Shown: in pieces, positions 35,990 through 49,469 of the stretch
Numbering within the stretch: the first letter of the stretch is position 1
Layout of the letters: each line of letters begins with the position of its first letter
Origin: Felis catus
Taxonomy: Eukaryota
NCBI RefSeq assembly: GCF_018350175.1
Contig: NC_058368.1
Location: 81,098,001 to 81,162,000, forward strand
DNA length: 64,000 nt
Direction: 5' to 3'
Translations under genes and position numbers: made by a program
The notes under the pieces: generated by a model
Database searches by the model: none
Told to the model about the DNA's origin: nothing
The model's input: only the letters and a program-made list of their open reading frames with translations

Positions 35990-36130
35990 GTGAACGTGGC
36001 CCTTTTGTTTTCTCTTCTCAGATGAGAAAACGCAAGTGTCAGGAAGTTACATGGCCCCAGATACCGAGCCGGCGAGTGGCAGAGTTGGTATCGGAACCCA
36101 CGCCTGTCTGGTTCCGAAGCCTATACTTTC
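35990..36130 (-). mobile_element. MIR fragment
   Basis: CAGATGAGAAAAC…GAGTGGCAGAGTTGG…GGAACCCACGCCTGTCTGGTTCC. Confidence 0.65.
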
Positions 36131-38380
36131 ACAGCACCTGTGACACGATCTTAGTCCGCACGTTTGCCTGGCGTCTGCCTCCCCGCCGCCGGACGTAAGC
36201 CCGGGAGGGGACACCTTGTGTCTTTCCCTCTCTGCTATGGCCTTAACACCAGCCTGCCATGGCGACTGTGTATAGGCGGCTCTGTGCAGGTGCCCACGAG
36301 AAAGCAGGAGACACTCTCTTCAGTCCGTCAGTGACAATAAGCCCTCCTTCTTACCTCTACTCCACTGCTGGCTTTGCGCATGCGTACAGGACAAGCTGAA
36401 AGCAGGTGTGGGGACATGGGAATTAGCCCGGCTCTCCAGATGGTTCTGGATTGGCCAAAGGAAATAGGGAGTGAGCTGAGCCCAAGGAGGTTGGGGCCGG
36501 AGGACCTGGCCTGGCGTCCAAGGCTGGTCCTCAAATAAGCAGCTTTGGCAGGGGCCTGACCATAGCCCCAGGGCAGAGGTGGGGTCCAGAAGGTCCCCCC
36601 TCCCCAGGACAGAAAGAGACTGCTAGGCTAATGGAAGGAACCAGCAGGTGGTTCGCAGGGGGCAAGGGAACAGGCAGGAGGTGAGGGCATGAGTCCAGGG
36701 GGCCAGGCTCAGTGCAGGGAGCCAGCAGGCCCTGGGGGGTCTTTGTGAAGAGAAGGGGCTGGGCTGAGCAGGGGTCCCTAAGAACGGGGCTTCCGGCCAC
36801 ACGGCCCTGACACTGCTTGGGCTCCCGCAGCTCCTCGCTCTGGGGCTTCCTGCAGGCTCAGCCAGAACCGGGGCCTCAGGGACAGGGCCTGGTGCCCCCC
36901 AGCTCTCACCCCTAGGGCTGCTGCCCTGGGAAGCCAATTAGCACATGAATGAGTGCAGGAGTGTTGAAGGGCCAGGATGAGAAAATGCTCTTTTTTTCAA
37001 TTCTCCTGTTCTTCCCTAAGGGAGAAAATTTTAGAAAGATTAATGATTGTGATGACAAATATAGTTTAAAATTAAGGGTGGCATGTCTTTCCTCATCAAT
37101 TTCTATTCTTTGGGTCATTAAACCTTGAAGTTTCAAATGGAAAGATGCTCACTCAATTAAAGTGGGGCTCCAGAAGCCCGCAGCACATCAAGGAGACGGC
37201 CCCCAGTCCTTCTTACCTTTTGTGACCGTGGCAACTGTATTTCGCTAAATCTGTGCACATCCGCTTACAAAATAGTTTGTTTTTTCAATAAAAGCATCAC
37301 GTTGTTTTGACAGGACCACCTGTCAATGTGCACACTCCCTCCTGGGCTCCAGCCGAGGCCCGTTCTCCACGTCTCTGATCTCACTGCCCGGCATGCCCCG
37401 CGCATCCCAGGACACTCTGTCCCAACGCCTGCCCACCCGGGCCACCGAGGAGTGGGAACGCGCTGCCATTAGAGCAGCCGGTGCTGACGTGTCTGAATTA
37501 CAAGGAAATCTGATGGCTGCACAGCTCGGAGCACCCTCTCCCCATGAAGCCTCACCCCCACGCCCCGAGCTAGCCCCCTGGCCATCAGCAGGCAGACCCC
37601 CTGGGTGGGACCAGCCAGAAGCCACAGCTGCACAACGCAGATCGGTCCTCTGGCCCCTCAAATCATACCTGGCCCATAGGGCACCCAGCTCCAGCCTACA
37701 AGGCAAGCACAGGCGCAACTCGACCTGCTCGGACAGGTGGACGCCCACCCCTCTGCCTTCGATCAGCGGCCATCTGCTCACCCAGCCTCGGTGCAGCCGG
37801 CTTCCTAAGACATTCCTGTCACCTCATCTGTCCGCTGTTGGTTCCCACATCTGCACCCCTTTGCATGATATTGTACCCAGTTCCTAGAGTGACTCTTGGT
37901 ACCCGAACCCTTATCACCTCTGCTCCATGGGTTAGGCTGTGTCCTAACACACTGGATATCCCTTCTGGGGCCCAGACCACTGGCTCTGTCAGCCTTGCAC
38001 TGCCCTTAGATGGGCTTGGTCTCAGGTCTGTAGCCATCCCTGGGGCCGTGATCCTGTCTCCTGGTTTATTCTCGCTGCTCTGAGCTCGGGCAAAGCCAGG
38101 AAGTCCCCTCCAGGGGCCAGAGATGATACGGTCTGACTTCTGCATCCGGAGGACTCTGGTAGAAAAGGAGTCAAGGCTGAAGGGTGCCCTGAAGCCGTTC
38201 CTGGACTGTGCCTCTGCTCCCCAAGGCCCCCCTTCACCACTGCATTCCTCCATCAAGGTCCCACTAACTATGGGCTCTTGGAGACAGGACTCACGTGTTG
38301 TTACCTCCAGATTCCCACTGCCCAGGACAGGTGCAAGAAAAATCTCTGTTGAATGAAGGAATTAGAAAAAAGCCAATGAT

Positions 38381-38610
38381 GGGGCACCTGGGGGGGGCTC
38401 AGTCGGTTAAGCCTCCAACTCTTGGTTTTGGCTCAGGTCATGATCTCACAGTTCATGAGTTTGAGCCCTGCATCAGGCTCTGAGCTGGCAGTGTGGAGCC
38501 TGCTTGGGATTCTCTGCCTCTCTTGCTCTCTGCCCCTCCCCTGCTCATTCTCCCTCTTTCTCTCTCTCTCTCTCTCCCTCCCTCCCTCTTAAAAATAAAT
38601 AAACATTAAA
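38381..38610 (+). mobile_element. CAN-SINE
   Basis: SINEC head, body and tail; TSD AAAAAAGCCAA at 38366-38376 and 38611-38621. Confidence 0.95.
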
Positions 38611-40068
38611 AAAAAAGCCAACACAAGTAAAGACTTCCATGGCTTATGGATACCCTTTGCTGGGTTTCTTCATGGAGACTCACAATGGGGACTCAGGGAC
38701 CATGCTTAGGCAGGCAGGGAAACACCTTCTGACAAGATGCTAACAGGTGCATCTAGAAGGAATGTCTCAGTGAGTCACCAGGGCAATGAGAGTGTGTGGC
38801 TCCCTCTGCAGACCCCAGAGGACCCAGACTGCCAGTCCTTGAGAGTAGAAGGCACCATTCCAGTATTCTGTTCTGTCCATGTAACACCAGGAGCTAGAAT
38901 CAAAGCTGCCTGGTGTAAGGCCTCCAACCAACACTTGCCCGAGGGACATACCCATCCCGGTGCCCAAAGATGTGCCCTTCTTTCCTTTTTCATGTCAAGG
39001 ATGGTTTGTGGAATAGCTACTCTGTTTACCCAAGTCGTGTACTACCTGAGAAGTCCTTAATTACAGAGCGGGATTGAAGTCCTGTATTTACCTACCACCC
39101 TCTCCTTAAGCTTCTATCAAATGACAGTAAATATACATTGTTTTAAAGGGCACAAACCAAGGGCAGGAAAAAATGAAGGAAAGACAATAGGGACAGAAGT
39201 TTAGGAGCCAGAGAGCAGATGTATGAGATTGACCCAGCAAAAGTGAGTCACTAGAAGCTGGACTAGAGAAAGGACCCGGAAATGGGTTCACCATGTGCTT
39301 CTTAGAGACGTGCCAGCGTGTCTGGGAGAACGGGACTCTGGCAGCAAGGCTGTATAGGATGCAGGTGTTCCCCGCCCCCGTGGCGGAATGGCTACCCTGT
39401 CCCAGGAGATGGTAGGACTGTGGGCAGAGATTCCCTGGGGCCGGGCTTGCTGGGGGATCTGGTGCCAGCAGGGCCCACAGAGAGTCTGTGTGGCCATCGG
39501 AGCCCCCAGCCCCTTTTCCTGGTGGTCTTTGGGAGGGTGGGCAGTGAGCACTTTTGACCTCAGGCAAGTTGGAGGGTTCCTGTCTGGAGAAACTGAGGCA
39601 CCCCAGAGAAAAGATTTGGAACACTTACAGAGGTTTAAAAACAAGTGAAGGGATCACAATCAGAGTGCTTCTCAACAGGAACATTTGAAACAAGGAGACA
39701 AAACTTTATGGGAAAAAAAGTCATTCCCTCCATAGAATTTTAGCTCAAACTCTCAAGCCAGACGACATGTTCAGACACATAATTGCTCCGTAAACGTGAT
39801 CTCACACCCACTATCTTAGCGGGCTTCCTGGACGGACGCATACGCCACCAAAATGAGGGGAAAAGCTGGCAGAGACAAAGACACCAGGTTCAGGAAACTG
39901 GAACCCAAGCGGACAGAGGCAGAAGGGGCCCCCAGGATGACAGGGAGCACAGGTGTCAAGGAGGAGGACACAGCTGCAGGGACACAGCTGCAGGGCCATG
40001 AGAGAACCTTACGATTCTTCCAGAGCAGAGGGAGGACTTGGGGATGAGCATGAAAAACTAACCGAGTG

Positions 40069-40299
40069 GGGGCGCCTGGGTGGCTCAGTTGGTTAAGCGG
40101 CCGACTTTGGCTCAGGTCATGATCTTGCAGTCCGTGAGTTCAAGCCCCGCGTCGGGCTCTGTGCTGACAGCTCAGAGCCTGGAGCCTGTTTCAGATTCTG
40201 TGTCTCCCTCTCTCTCTAACCCTCCCCCTTCATGCTTTGTTTCTCTCTGTCTCAAAAATAAATAAACTTAAAAAAATATATATTAAAAAAAAAAAGAAA
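40069..40299 (+). mobile_element. CAN-SINE (SINEC_Fc2-like)
   Basis: Full length; perfect flanking repeat GAAAAACTAACCGAGTGG at 40052-40069 and 40300-40317. Confidence 0.97.
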
Positions 40300-40830
40300 G
40301 AAAAACTAACCGAGTGGAAAAGCCTATCGGTGAAGTCTGGGAAGAAAAAGAGTTGTGTAGAAGGAAGTGTGACCACATGGCTCACAAACCACATTGTCAC
40401 GAAATGTAATTCCACCTTCCACCCATGGACCCAGGAACGTTACGCACAGTATCAGGTGCATTGGGAGGGGTGGGTATGGGGGCCAAACCTTCACTTTCCG
40501 TAACAGGAAGTCAGTAGGCAAAACTGAAGCTCAAACAGCAAGAGATAGGAGTGTAAGCATAACGTCTAGAGAACTTGAGATGAACGTGAGCTCGAGCAGC
40601 TAAAAGATTTTAACCAGAGAGCATCTGTGGACCGGAGCGAGGGACCGGGAGTCTGGAGGCAGGACATAGCTGCTTTTGTCATTAGCCAGTTTGAGTTTTC
40701 AGACTCTGAAAGTCTGTCCCTTATAAAATGTTTGCGTCAAGTGTAGAAGAGCCCCAACAGACACTGGGGCTCCAGTCCCCATTTTGATGACTATAGCGTG
40801 GAGGTGTGGTGACCTGTGAGTTTCCGGCAC

Positions 40831-40893
40831 TTTGCAGCCTCAGACAGTTCACTAGTGTGAAGTTTGCAGCCTCAGACAGTTCACTAGTGTGAA
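40831..40893. repeat. 32-bp-period tandem duplication
   Basis: TTTGCAGCCTCAGACAGTTCACTAGTGTGAA at 40831 and 40863. Confidence 0.95.
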
Positions 40894-41054
40894 TAATTCA
40901 GGATGGGGGCACTGATATTCTTGCAATTAGCTGAAAATATTGACTGATTTTTCACCGCATGATCCAAGTATGTCCTAGTCCTAATTATCTGTGTGGACTT
41001 TGCAGTAATTGTGAGAAATGGTAAAGGACTGAATAGAAGCAAAGTCAAGATTTC

Positions 41055-42002
41055 TGTGGCTGGAGTTTGTAATGTCTGTAGGACACAGTCCCCTCAAGGA
41101 GGAGGAGGAAGGGGGGCAGGGGAGAGTGGTTTGTAGAACGGGTTCTGGTTTTAGCCGGACGACGAGGACCGTGGTGTCTTTCCCCGAGAGCAGTGCCCTG
41201 TGCGCCTCCCACGGAAATGCCACGTGAATGCCCGTAATGCACCGCACTCAGTTTAAAGTGGTTTGAAATACGCATGGGACTAAAAACAAAGCTGGTTTTG
41301 CCTTCCTCTACTGCGTCTTCTCACCTGAAAAGACAGTTGTGGGGTCTGAGTCCTGTGTCCTGCAGTCACTGCCTTGGAACAACAGCGGGAAATGCGGGGC
41401 CTCTGCAGAACTCATCTCGGTCTGGGTCTCGAGATTCCACTACGAGCTTTGCCCTTTCTGTTTTTCCCACTTGGCAGCGGCCCTCGGGCTCACACGGCGA
41501 GGTGGGGGAAGAGGGTGGGGGCCCATCCTTGGATCAGCCCCTGCTGGGATTCAGAGCCCGTCCTCATACACCCTGTCACTCCCTGTAAGGATGACAACCC
41601 AAGGCTCAGAGAGGTTTAGTAATTGGCCCAAAGCTACACAGCAAATGCCCAAGCAAGTGGGGATTGGAGCCCATGTCCTCCTGACTGAGGTCTGCTCCTT
41701 TGTCAGCCCTGGCTCCGCTGATCAGTGAGTGGTCCTGGCAATGCCTCTGCCCTGCCCCTTCCTGCCTTCGGGGGACATCAGTGCCAGTTTGCCGGGAGGC
41801 TTTCGCGGAACAGTCCTGGGAGCCCTCAGAACTGCCCGGCACAGAAAGACGCAGTGAATACCTGCCACTTATATGTCTGTGGCTGCTGGTGGTATTGTTA
41901 AGATACCTGCTTCTCCTCAGAGTTTGCTTTTTAATTTGGAGACACATTCAGACTCTGTGTGGCTGGAGTTTGTAATGTCTGTAGGACACAGTCCCCTCAA
42001 GG
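41055..42002 (+). repeat. Exact 45-bp dispersed direct repeat (41055-41099 and 41958-42002)
   Basis: TGTGGCTGGAGTTTGTAATGTCTGTAGGACACAGTCCCCTCAAGG occurs twice, 903 bp apart. Confidence 0.95.
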
Positions 42003-45000
42003 GGGGGGGGGGCGGGGGAGAGGCAGGGTGTGATGGTGGAGCAGGTGCTAAGAGAGGGAGGGACAGAGAGCATTTCTTATTGTCCAAGGTCATTTACACA
42101 TGAAAGGGTGTTCTGTTGCCTTCTGTGACAGAGTCTGAAATGCAAAATCAAATGGAGACCCCAGGAAGCCATCCAGAGCTTTCTATTGAAGGAACCTGGT
42201 GGGGAGGGGGCAGCCTGGCTGGGGCTAGAATTGGCCTCCTTTGTCAGGTAAGGCTTCACCTCTTTTCACGCTGCTGCAGGAGGACCCAGCCTTGAATAAA
42301 CATAGACAGGCGTCCAGTGACCGGGGCAGGGAGGCACTGGGATCCAGCAGAGCGCAAGGCATGAGCCGTGGCTCTCCTGGGGGTCAGCGGGTGCCTGGGC
42401 CTTCCCTGCGGCCGGCCTCGGGGCGGGCCTCACCCCTGCCATTCTCTGGGGGCTCCTAGATGTTGTAGGAGGGAGGAGTTCTGGAAGTCAGGCGGCCTCT
42501 TCGTGGGGTGGGATCTGTGTTCAGGGCAAGTGTACTGGGTGCCTGGACGCTGGGGGCACTGATAAAGCTGTGGCTGTGCCCAAGACACCGACGGGGGCTG
42601 GGAGCCCCTGCTTTGCCTCCCCCACGTGAGCCCCCAGGAGCCTGAGTCTGGTTCACCCTGAGTTCACCAACGAGGAAACAAGCCCCTAGGCGTGGGGCCT
42701 GTCCCAGGCATGTCAGAGCCACTGGAACATTCTCTGGTGAGGGCCATCAGCTCCCCGAGCAGATGCTGGGCTGGGCAGGGCACCGTCCCTGCTGTCCGTC
42801 TTCAGTGGGATTTCGTCCCCTGGGCAGCCTGGGACTGGTTCTGACACCAGAGGGAAGCTAGGGCCTCATCAGAAACAGCACAAATACACACAGAACTCTG
42901 GGCTTCAAGGTCCTGTCACCTTCTGTGCTGACGCCCAGACTTGTGTTGGTGGGAATGAATGTCCTCCGCTGTTAGAACCTCACCCTATTCCTTTTAAGGC
43001 CATGGCTCCCCTTCCCCACAGACCCCGCGTCCTCACACGGGGGCTCACATCACAGGCCCTCAGACAGGGTGGGCCACCCCAGGCTCTGTTCCAGCATCAG
43101 GTGGGACCCAAGAATTTTAGGCACATGTTCCCAGTGCCTGGGAAACACGGCTGAGCCTTCTACGGGAGTGGGGACAGCAGGACAGGAAAGTCACAGGTGT
43201 CCGCAGAGAGCCTCAACACAGCTGGCATTTCAGCCTCGATTTTTCCCCTCCTGGTAAGCAGAGCTAGACCGCCCGCACCCCCTGATCCAGCGGTCAGAAA
43301 GTCGAACCTCTCCCCTGCTTGACCCTCCAGTCGCCGCCCCCTGTGACCCAGCAGTCTCAGTGCCGTGGCATCTGGGGTCATCTAGACCTTTGTGAAGAAT
43401 GTGGTTTTCCGTGGGAGCCGGTGATCTGTGGCTGGGGCGGACACGCGGGTGGCTGCACGAGAGGCCCGTCTCGGGGCTGTGCCGGGCCACCCCTGTGTCT
43501 GCACAGGCAGATGTGCAGCGGCCCTGCCTGTAGGTGGGGCCCGGTGTCCCTGTGGGAATATCGAGCCCGCTCCGCTGACCAGAGACTATACCAGACACTC
43601 AGATGAGCCATGGCCGCTCACTCCCGGCCCTGACTCATCCCCGAGGCCCCGGCTTTCTGGCCGATGCTGCCTTTCCAGCGCCTGTGTTCATGCAGACGGT
43701 CACTCCGGAATCAGTTCCCGTGCACGGCTCTGGCACCAGCTACTTGTGGGGGCAGGAGCGAGGCCTGTCCTCACAGCGTTTACGGCTCACACATCACGTG
43801 AATATTTGCACCGATCATGAAGTGCAACTAACCACGCTCTGAACACCACCCGGGGCGCGAGGGGGTCCTTGTGGGCAGGTGCTGGAGCCGGTCTGCGAGG
43901 CAGCAGGCACGGGGTTGGGGGGGTGGGCAGGACGTTCCCTGCTGCAGGCATCCGGGGTCCCCGCGTCAGAAGGCCAGCGTGGGGGTGCCAGGAAGCACGA
44001 GGGAACGAGGCTGGCCGCGGGGCGCAGGCGGCACGGGGAGGTGGCTGGGCTCTCCCGCCACCAGTTGGGGGCTCAAGAGAGGTGATGTGTCGAGGGTGGG
44101 GCAGGGAGCTCCCTGGAGGACATGCTCTTTTCTCCCGCCTGACGGGGACCTCGCGCAGCTCCAGCCCGCGTGCCGGAGTCTGTTCTTCAATGACGATTGT
44201 ATTTCCGGGGCCCACGACAGTGCCCTCACGTGCACATCACAGGTGCTCAGTACACGTTTGTTAACAAAGGTCTCTTCCAGAGCCCGCAACAACCTGTCGG
44301 ACAAGTTGCCCATCTCGATACCTCGATTTTCCCTGGACATTCCTGGGAGCTGCTTCCCAAGCTACAAGCTGATGACCGTGAGCAGCACACAGCCTGCTCA
44401 CCCCCGGGGGGCTCTCCACCTGGGAGCTCCTTCTCGGTGGAGACGCACCCGGTTTCCAAGTGGTCTGTGCCATTCCAGGGTGCAGCACCCCTTTCTCAGC
44501 CCGGGCCCCTTCCGAGACCAACTCTAGATGTGTGGTGTCCACACGGGATTCAGCCTCGTCCCCCGGCTCCACCCCAGGGAAGGCACTTGGCCTTGACCTC
44601 CATCCTTCCAGGGGTTGTGCCTGCCTTCTTGTGCCTGAGCTCCCCAGGGACAGGATCTGCCTGGTTTGGCTCACCGTCCTGCCTCCCCCTGCATGTGGGA
44701 GGGTTTAACAACTGTCTGTTGGGTGGGTGAATAAATAAATGACCTTCAGGTGGTTCTCGGCAGAGCCTGTCACTCTCCACGTACGGTACACAGACCGGAG
44801 AGTTGATCTACCCGCGCCTGTCCCCGCTTACTAGAGGGTGAGGCCTCTGCACCATGAGAGGTGCCCGTGAAACTGGCTGCACCCAGGAGGGCGCATCAAC
44901 AGTTACTCGTGTGTATATGTGTTCACAGAGGGGGCTGGGTGTTCACTGAGAGCTCAGTTCCACACATCGTGTGTTCCTTTTATGCATCACCCTCGCCTAA

Positions 45001-45464
45001 CTTAACTCGCAGGCATCCGCTGTGGAAGGGAACTTGGGCATCTCTGGTCTGGAGGGTCCTCGACTGGCTGAGATCACGTCCCAGGAACAGCATACCCGTG
45101 GAGCCATCGCAATAAAAACAAAAATTCCACTTTGCACAAAAACATTTTAAGGGACATAAAAATTTACAGTGCTGGCGAGAGTAAATTTAGTGCTTGTAGA
45201 TTTAGACACCAAAGTGATGATTACACTAACAGCTATAAATATGCTAGATGTTATTTCTAGAAAATGGTACAACATAAATCAATGCTAACCATACACTTGT
45301 GTGCAATTAATGTTCCTGTTTTGACTGGAACACGAAAAAGACACCCACTGCATGAACTGTGGTAACAGTGTGGGTGGGGGGTGGCACCCAAGGACCACGT
45401 GGGTCCCTGGGGTGCTGGCGCAGGAGCACCCCACACCCCTCTTTCCCAGCATCCTGGTCACCTG

Positions 45465-45740
45465 GCAGGTTGATGCTTGAAATTAGCCATCGTGGGAGCG
45501 TTTACACTGGAGAAATCGGCAAGCCTACACAGTAGTGCTTTTCCTCCCTCCCTCCCTCCCTCCCTCCTCCTCCCTCCCTCCCTCTCTCCTCCTCCCTCCT
45601 CCACCTTCCCTTCCCTCCTCAGCCCTTCCTCCTCCCCCCTCCTCCCTTCTTTCCCTCCCTACCTTCCTCCCTTCCTTCCTCCCTTCCTTCCTCCTTTCCT
45701 TCCTACAGCCAGTTACTAAACATTTACCAGCACACCACTG
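45465..45740. mobile_element. MER63-like (hAT-Blackjack) element interrupted by a CT-rich tract
   Basis: GCTTGAAATTAGCCATCGTGGGAGCGTTTACAC…AAATCGGCAA and terminus AAACATTTACCAGCACACCACTG. Confidence 0.7.
45541..45703. repeat. Polypyrimidine (CCT/CCTT) tract
   Basis: Directly visible. Confidence 0.95.
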
Positions 45741-46718
45741 CCTGCATCCACCTGAATCAAGTTCACATCCAGATGTTACCTTCTGTGGGGCTTCCCTGCC
45801 CAGTTCCTGTCCTCTCTACCCCAACACACCAGTGACAGATGGAGAAACTGAGGTGCAGAGAGCCTTGGGACTGGCACAATATAGCACGATTTATAGTAGC
45901 AAAACCACGGGGAAAACCCAGGCCATTTTCCACCCCACCAAATCCATCTACCACTCTATGTCCGTACTGCCAGGACAGTCCAGGATGTAGAACGTTTTGC
46001 TGGAAGACTGCCATTTACGATTTGAGATTCTGGAGTCACCATACTTTGGTGCTTCCTATGGAGTGTCACAAAGGTCTACATTTGCAGAAATTATTGGAGT
46101 GTTCTGTTTCCAGGATGGTGTTCAGGGTTGCTCAGATGTGGTACTCATCGGCATTACTAACGGAAACATATTCCCCTAATTGTTCAAAACCATCTCAGGA
46201 CTGATAAATGTACAATATAAATATTTTATAGGTGTAATTCAATTAATCTCCAAAGCAAAATATCTGTTGGAGGCACGTAAACATACTGGTTAAATTGTAT
46301 GTCTTCATTTCTTCCACTCCAATGGCTGAAACCGTAGAGAATAGACTATAAAAATTGCACCAAAGAGCTTATTCCCTTTTTATCGCCTGTCAAATTATTG
46401 CTACGACGCCCATGGTTGGTGGTGAAACATTGCAAACCGATGCTAGCTAGCGATGAAACGCCAAGTGTGAGTTGTGCATTGAGTTTAGGTAATGTACCAG
46501 AAAACATTGCATGAAAACACTAATTTTCTCAATATATATTAGTAGATGCAGCGTTTACCAATGAGAAGTGAAGATGTTTTTAAACAGTTTGTTGACTTGA
46601 AGTCTTGGCCAAGCTGCATAGAAATGCTATTTGGTGGGTGTTAAGATTGGCCACAGAGGCACCCTTAGGGCTACGAGACCCTGGCTGCACCCACCTGGCC
46701 CTGACTGCCCCGACCATG

Positions 46719-46849
46719 TGGACCCTACCCCAGGCTCACTCGCCATCCACCGTGGACCCTACCCCGGGCCCACTCACCATCCACCATGGACCTACCCCGG
46801 TCTCACTCGCCATCCACCGTGGACCAACTCCAGACTCACTCACCATCCA
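46719..46849. repeat. 33-34-bp minisatellite, about 4 copies
   Basis: Unit TGGACCCTACCCCAGGCTCACTCGCCATCCACCG with variants, head to tail. Confidence 0.92.
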
Positions 46850-49082
46850 AGGTTAGGCATTGCCAAAGTTCCTACCCTCCTACTGTTACTACAAACACAA
46901 GCACCGGCCCCTCCACCTCCTCCCAGCTCCCTATCAGCCCTGCGCAGCTGCTTCCAAAGGAGAACCTGCCACCCACTGGCCCTGGAGTGAGTCATGCTGC
47001 CGAAGGAGAGCCAGTTCCTATTAACAACACATCTCGAGCTGTTGAGCAAAGAGCTGGCTTAATTTAACTTATATAGCCTATAAAAAATAAAATAAGAGAA
47101 GCATGAGATAGATATGTTATTATCAGCCGTGGACGACACTAACGTTCAAACGTTTTATTATCTTATTATTGAGCGGTGTTTCCAAGAAGAACGTTTTTGT
47201 CTCTTATGTTGCTCATAGGAAACCTGTTCTTCAGCTTTAAGGAATGACTGTTGTCTAAGAGCACGAAGGGGAAAGTGGTATCTCGTGGATTTTACAGTGA
47301 CTGATCTGATTACGGTCTGCTAAAAGCCAGTTCCAGCCTTGCTCAATTTGACTTTCCACTGGGCTCCTCCTTAGGTTTCTGGGACAAGCTGGGACCGTCA
47401 TGTTTGGTGGGCTCCATCCTTGTGCCAATTCCAACAATCCTCATTAACTGCACACCAAGTAGGAAGAAGGTAGGACCTGAGACTGCCCTCTGGCCCCCAG
47501 GCAGCACCAGAACGTGGCGGGGGAGCATTGGTTTGCTCGCTACCACGAAGCCCGGGCTGCTGTGGACCTTGTGGCTCTGACCGCAGGCGTGGCAGATGGC
47601 CGGGCCGCAGTCCCTCTGGGAAGGAGGTGCCGACGTTCAAGTGAGCACAGAGCAAACTGGCACCGAAGCTAGTCCCCGCTTTCCAACTCCAGCACCTGGC
47701 AGAATTACGCATTAGTTCAACAACCACATTAAAAAGCAGTAGTGGGAAGCGACTGTGGATGGTACAACAAGACTTCTCGCCCCCAAGTGCCCTTGAAGCA
47801 GAGCAGCATCAGAGTCTACTGGGAGAGACATTTCCTACATGAGGAAGAATCTGGGCGGTGAGGTGCCATCTCACACGGGCGCTTGGTGTTTGCTTCCATT
47901 TTCCACACGTATCTTTATGGTGTATTCTGTCTTCATGGGGCCAGCCTGGGGACCCCAAGAACTAGGTCTGACTGGAATATCTTAAGGGATGTTCCCAGGA
48001 AGGAGCAGGGAGTTATTTCCCAATATAATTTGTTTACTAAAGTAAGCACAGTTTATATACATTTTACGTGACTAGAATAAAACTTTATGGAGTTTTTCTT
48101 TGTAGGACGTTTGGAATATGGGTAGAGCCCCAAAGATAAAACCATCCCTAATCTCATTCCCAGACAGAAATCTTTGTTAACGGGTGGGGTGCATCAGCTC
48201 AGGCATTTCTGCCATAAATATCACGTAGCTCCCGAGAATCTTCAGTTCTGCAAAATTTTTAAAACAAAAATAGAGTTAAGGCAGACTCTCAAAATCTATG
48301 AAACTTCGTATAAAGAGCCCAAACAAAAACGATACAATCTAACGTCTCCCCCCCCCCCCCGCCCCCGCCGGGATTCAGTGGCAGAATCTGGACATATTTC
48401 TGTTTGTCGAGATGGGGAGGCTCCTGGTACCCAGCAGGTGGGGGCCACACCCCGAAGCACACAGGAACCCCCATAGCAAAGCATCATCCATCCATACCTT
48501 CGACAGCGCAGCCTGAGAAGACCGGCCCAACCCTCATTCGCCTGAGACCCCCCCCTTGCCTTCCCTGTAACATCCCTTTGGCCACCTGTCCTTGCTGCCA
48601 TGTCGATTCACTTACTCCAGCACATGGGTGGCCATGTGCAGACATGCCCCATCTGAGGCCCAAAGACGACTAAGAGGCAGCCCCAACCCTGGAGAGTCCC
48701 ACTGATAGGGGAAACGTCAACACATCTACCAATCTGCCCCATGAGATCGTCCTATGATAGCTTTCATTTCACAGATGCAGAAATCGGGGCAGCAACAAAC
48801 CGTTACAGTAGATCAGAGTCCCAAATCAGCATGCAAATAATGCAACAGGGTCACAGCAAATATTTACTGAGCTCCATGCCAGGGGCTGTGGAGCGAGTGG
48901 TGAGCAAAAGACTGAGTTTTTCATAAAGGCAATGGGTCGCTTTAACGTTATAAGGAAAAATACAATTTTTTTTAGTGTTCACATTTTAAAACTCATTTTT
49001 TCAAAAACTCAACTTATTCTTTTGATTTTAAAGGATAAAAATATTATAATTGCCTTTGTCTTGATCTGTGGCTTCTGAAAAA

Positions 49083-49083
<1 letters not shown>

Positions 49084-49126
<43 letters not shown>
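49084..49126. repeat. (TG)n microsatellite
   Basis: Pure TG run. Confidence 0.98.
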
Positions 49127-49129
<3 letters not shown>

Positions 49130-49469
49130 TGTCCCACAGGACAGCATTTTGAAAGAAACATCTAAATTAAACAACACTTAAATTAAAAACTCTTCCCTGA
49201 GGACATCAGCAAAAGTAATGAATTAATAGTGACACATTTTGTTCCTCTCATCTCAAATTCCTAGGGACAGTCTTCATGCTATGTCAATGAAAATGAAAAA
49301 AAAAGAAAAACCTTATACAATAAGAATTAAATCTTCGAGTTACAAAAGTTGATCATTTCCCTGAGAGTCGGGCCCACACTTGTGTGTGTATTTATTTCTC
49401 AATGTTTTCATGTGTGTGGGGTGGGGTGCTCCGATGTAGCAGTAAATACCCAGAAAAGGATCTAATAAT

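Noticed and set aside
46719..46849. CRISPR-like array
   Set aside because: Units are head to tail with no unique spacers; mammalian context; no cas genes
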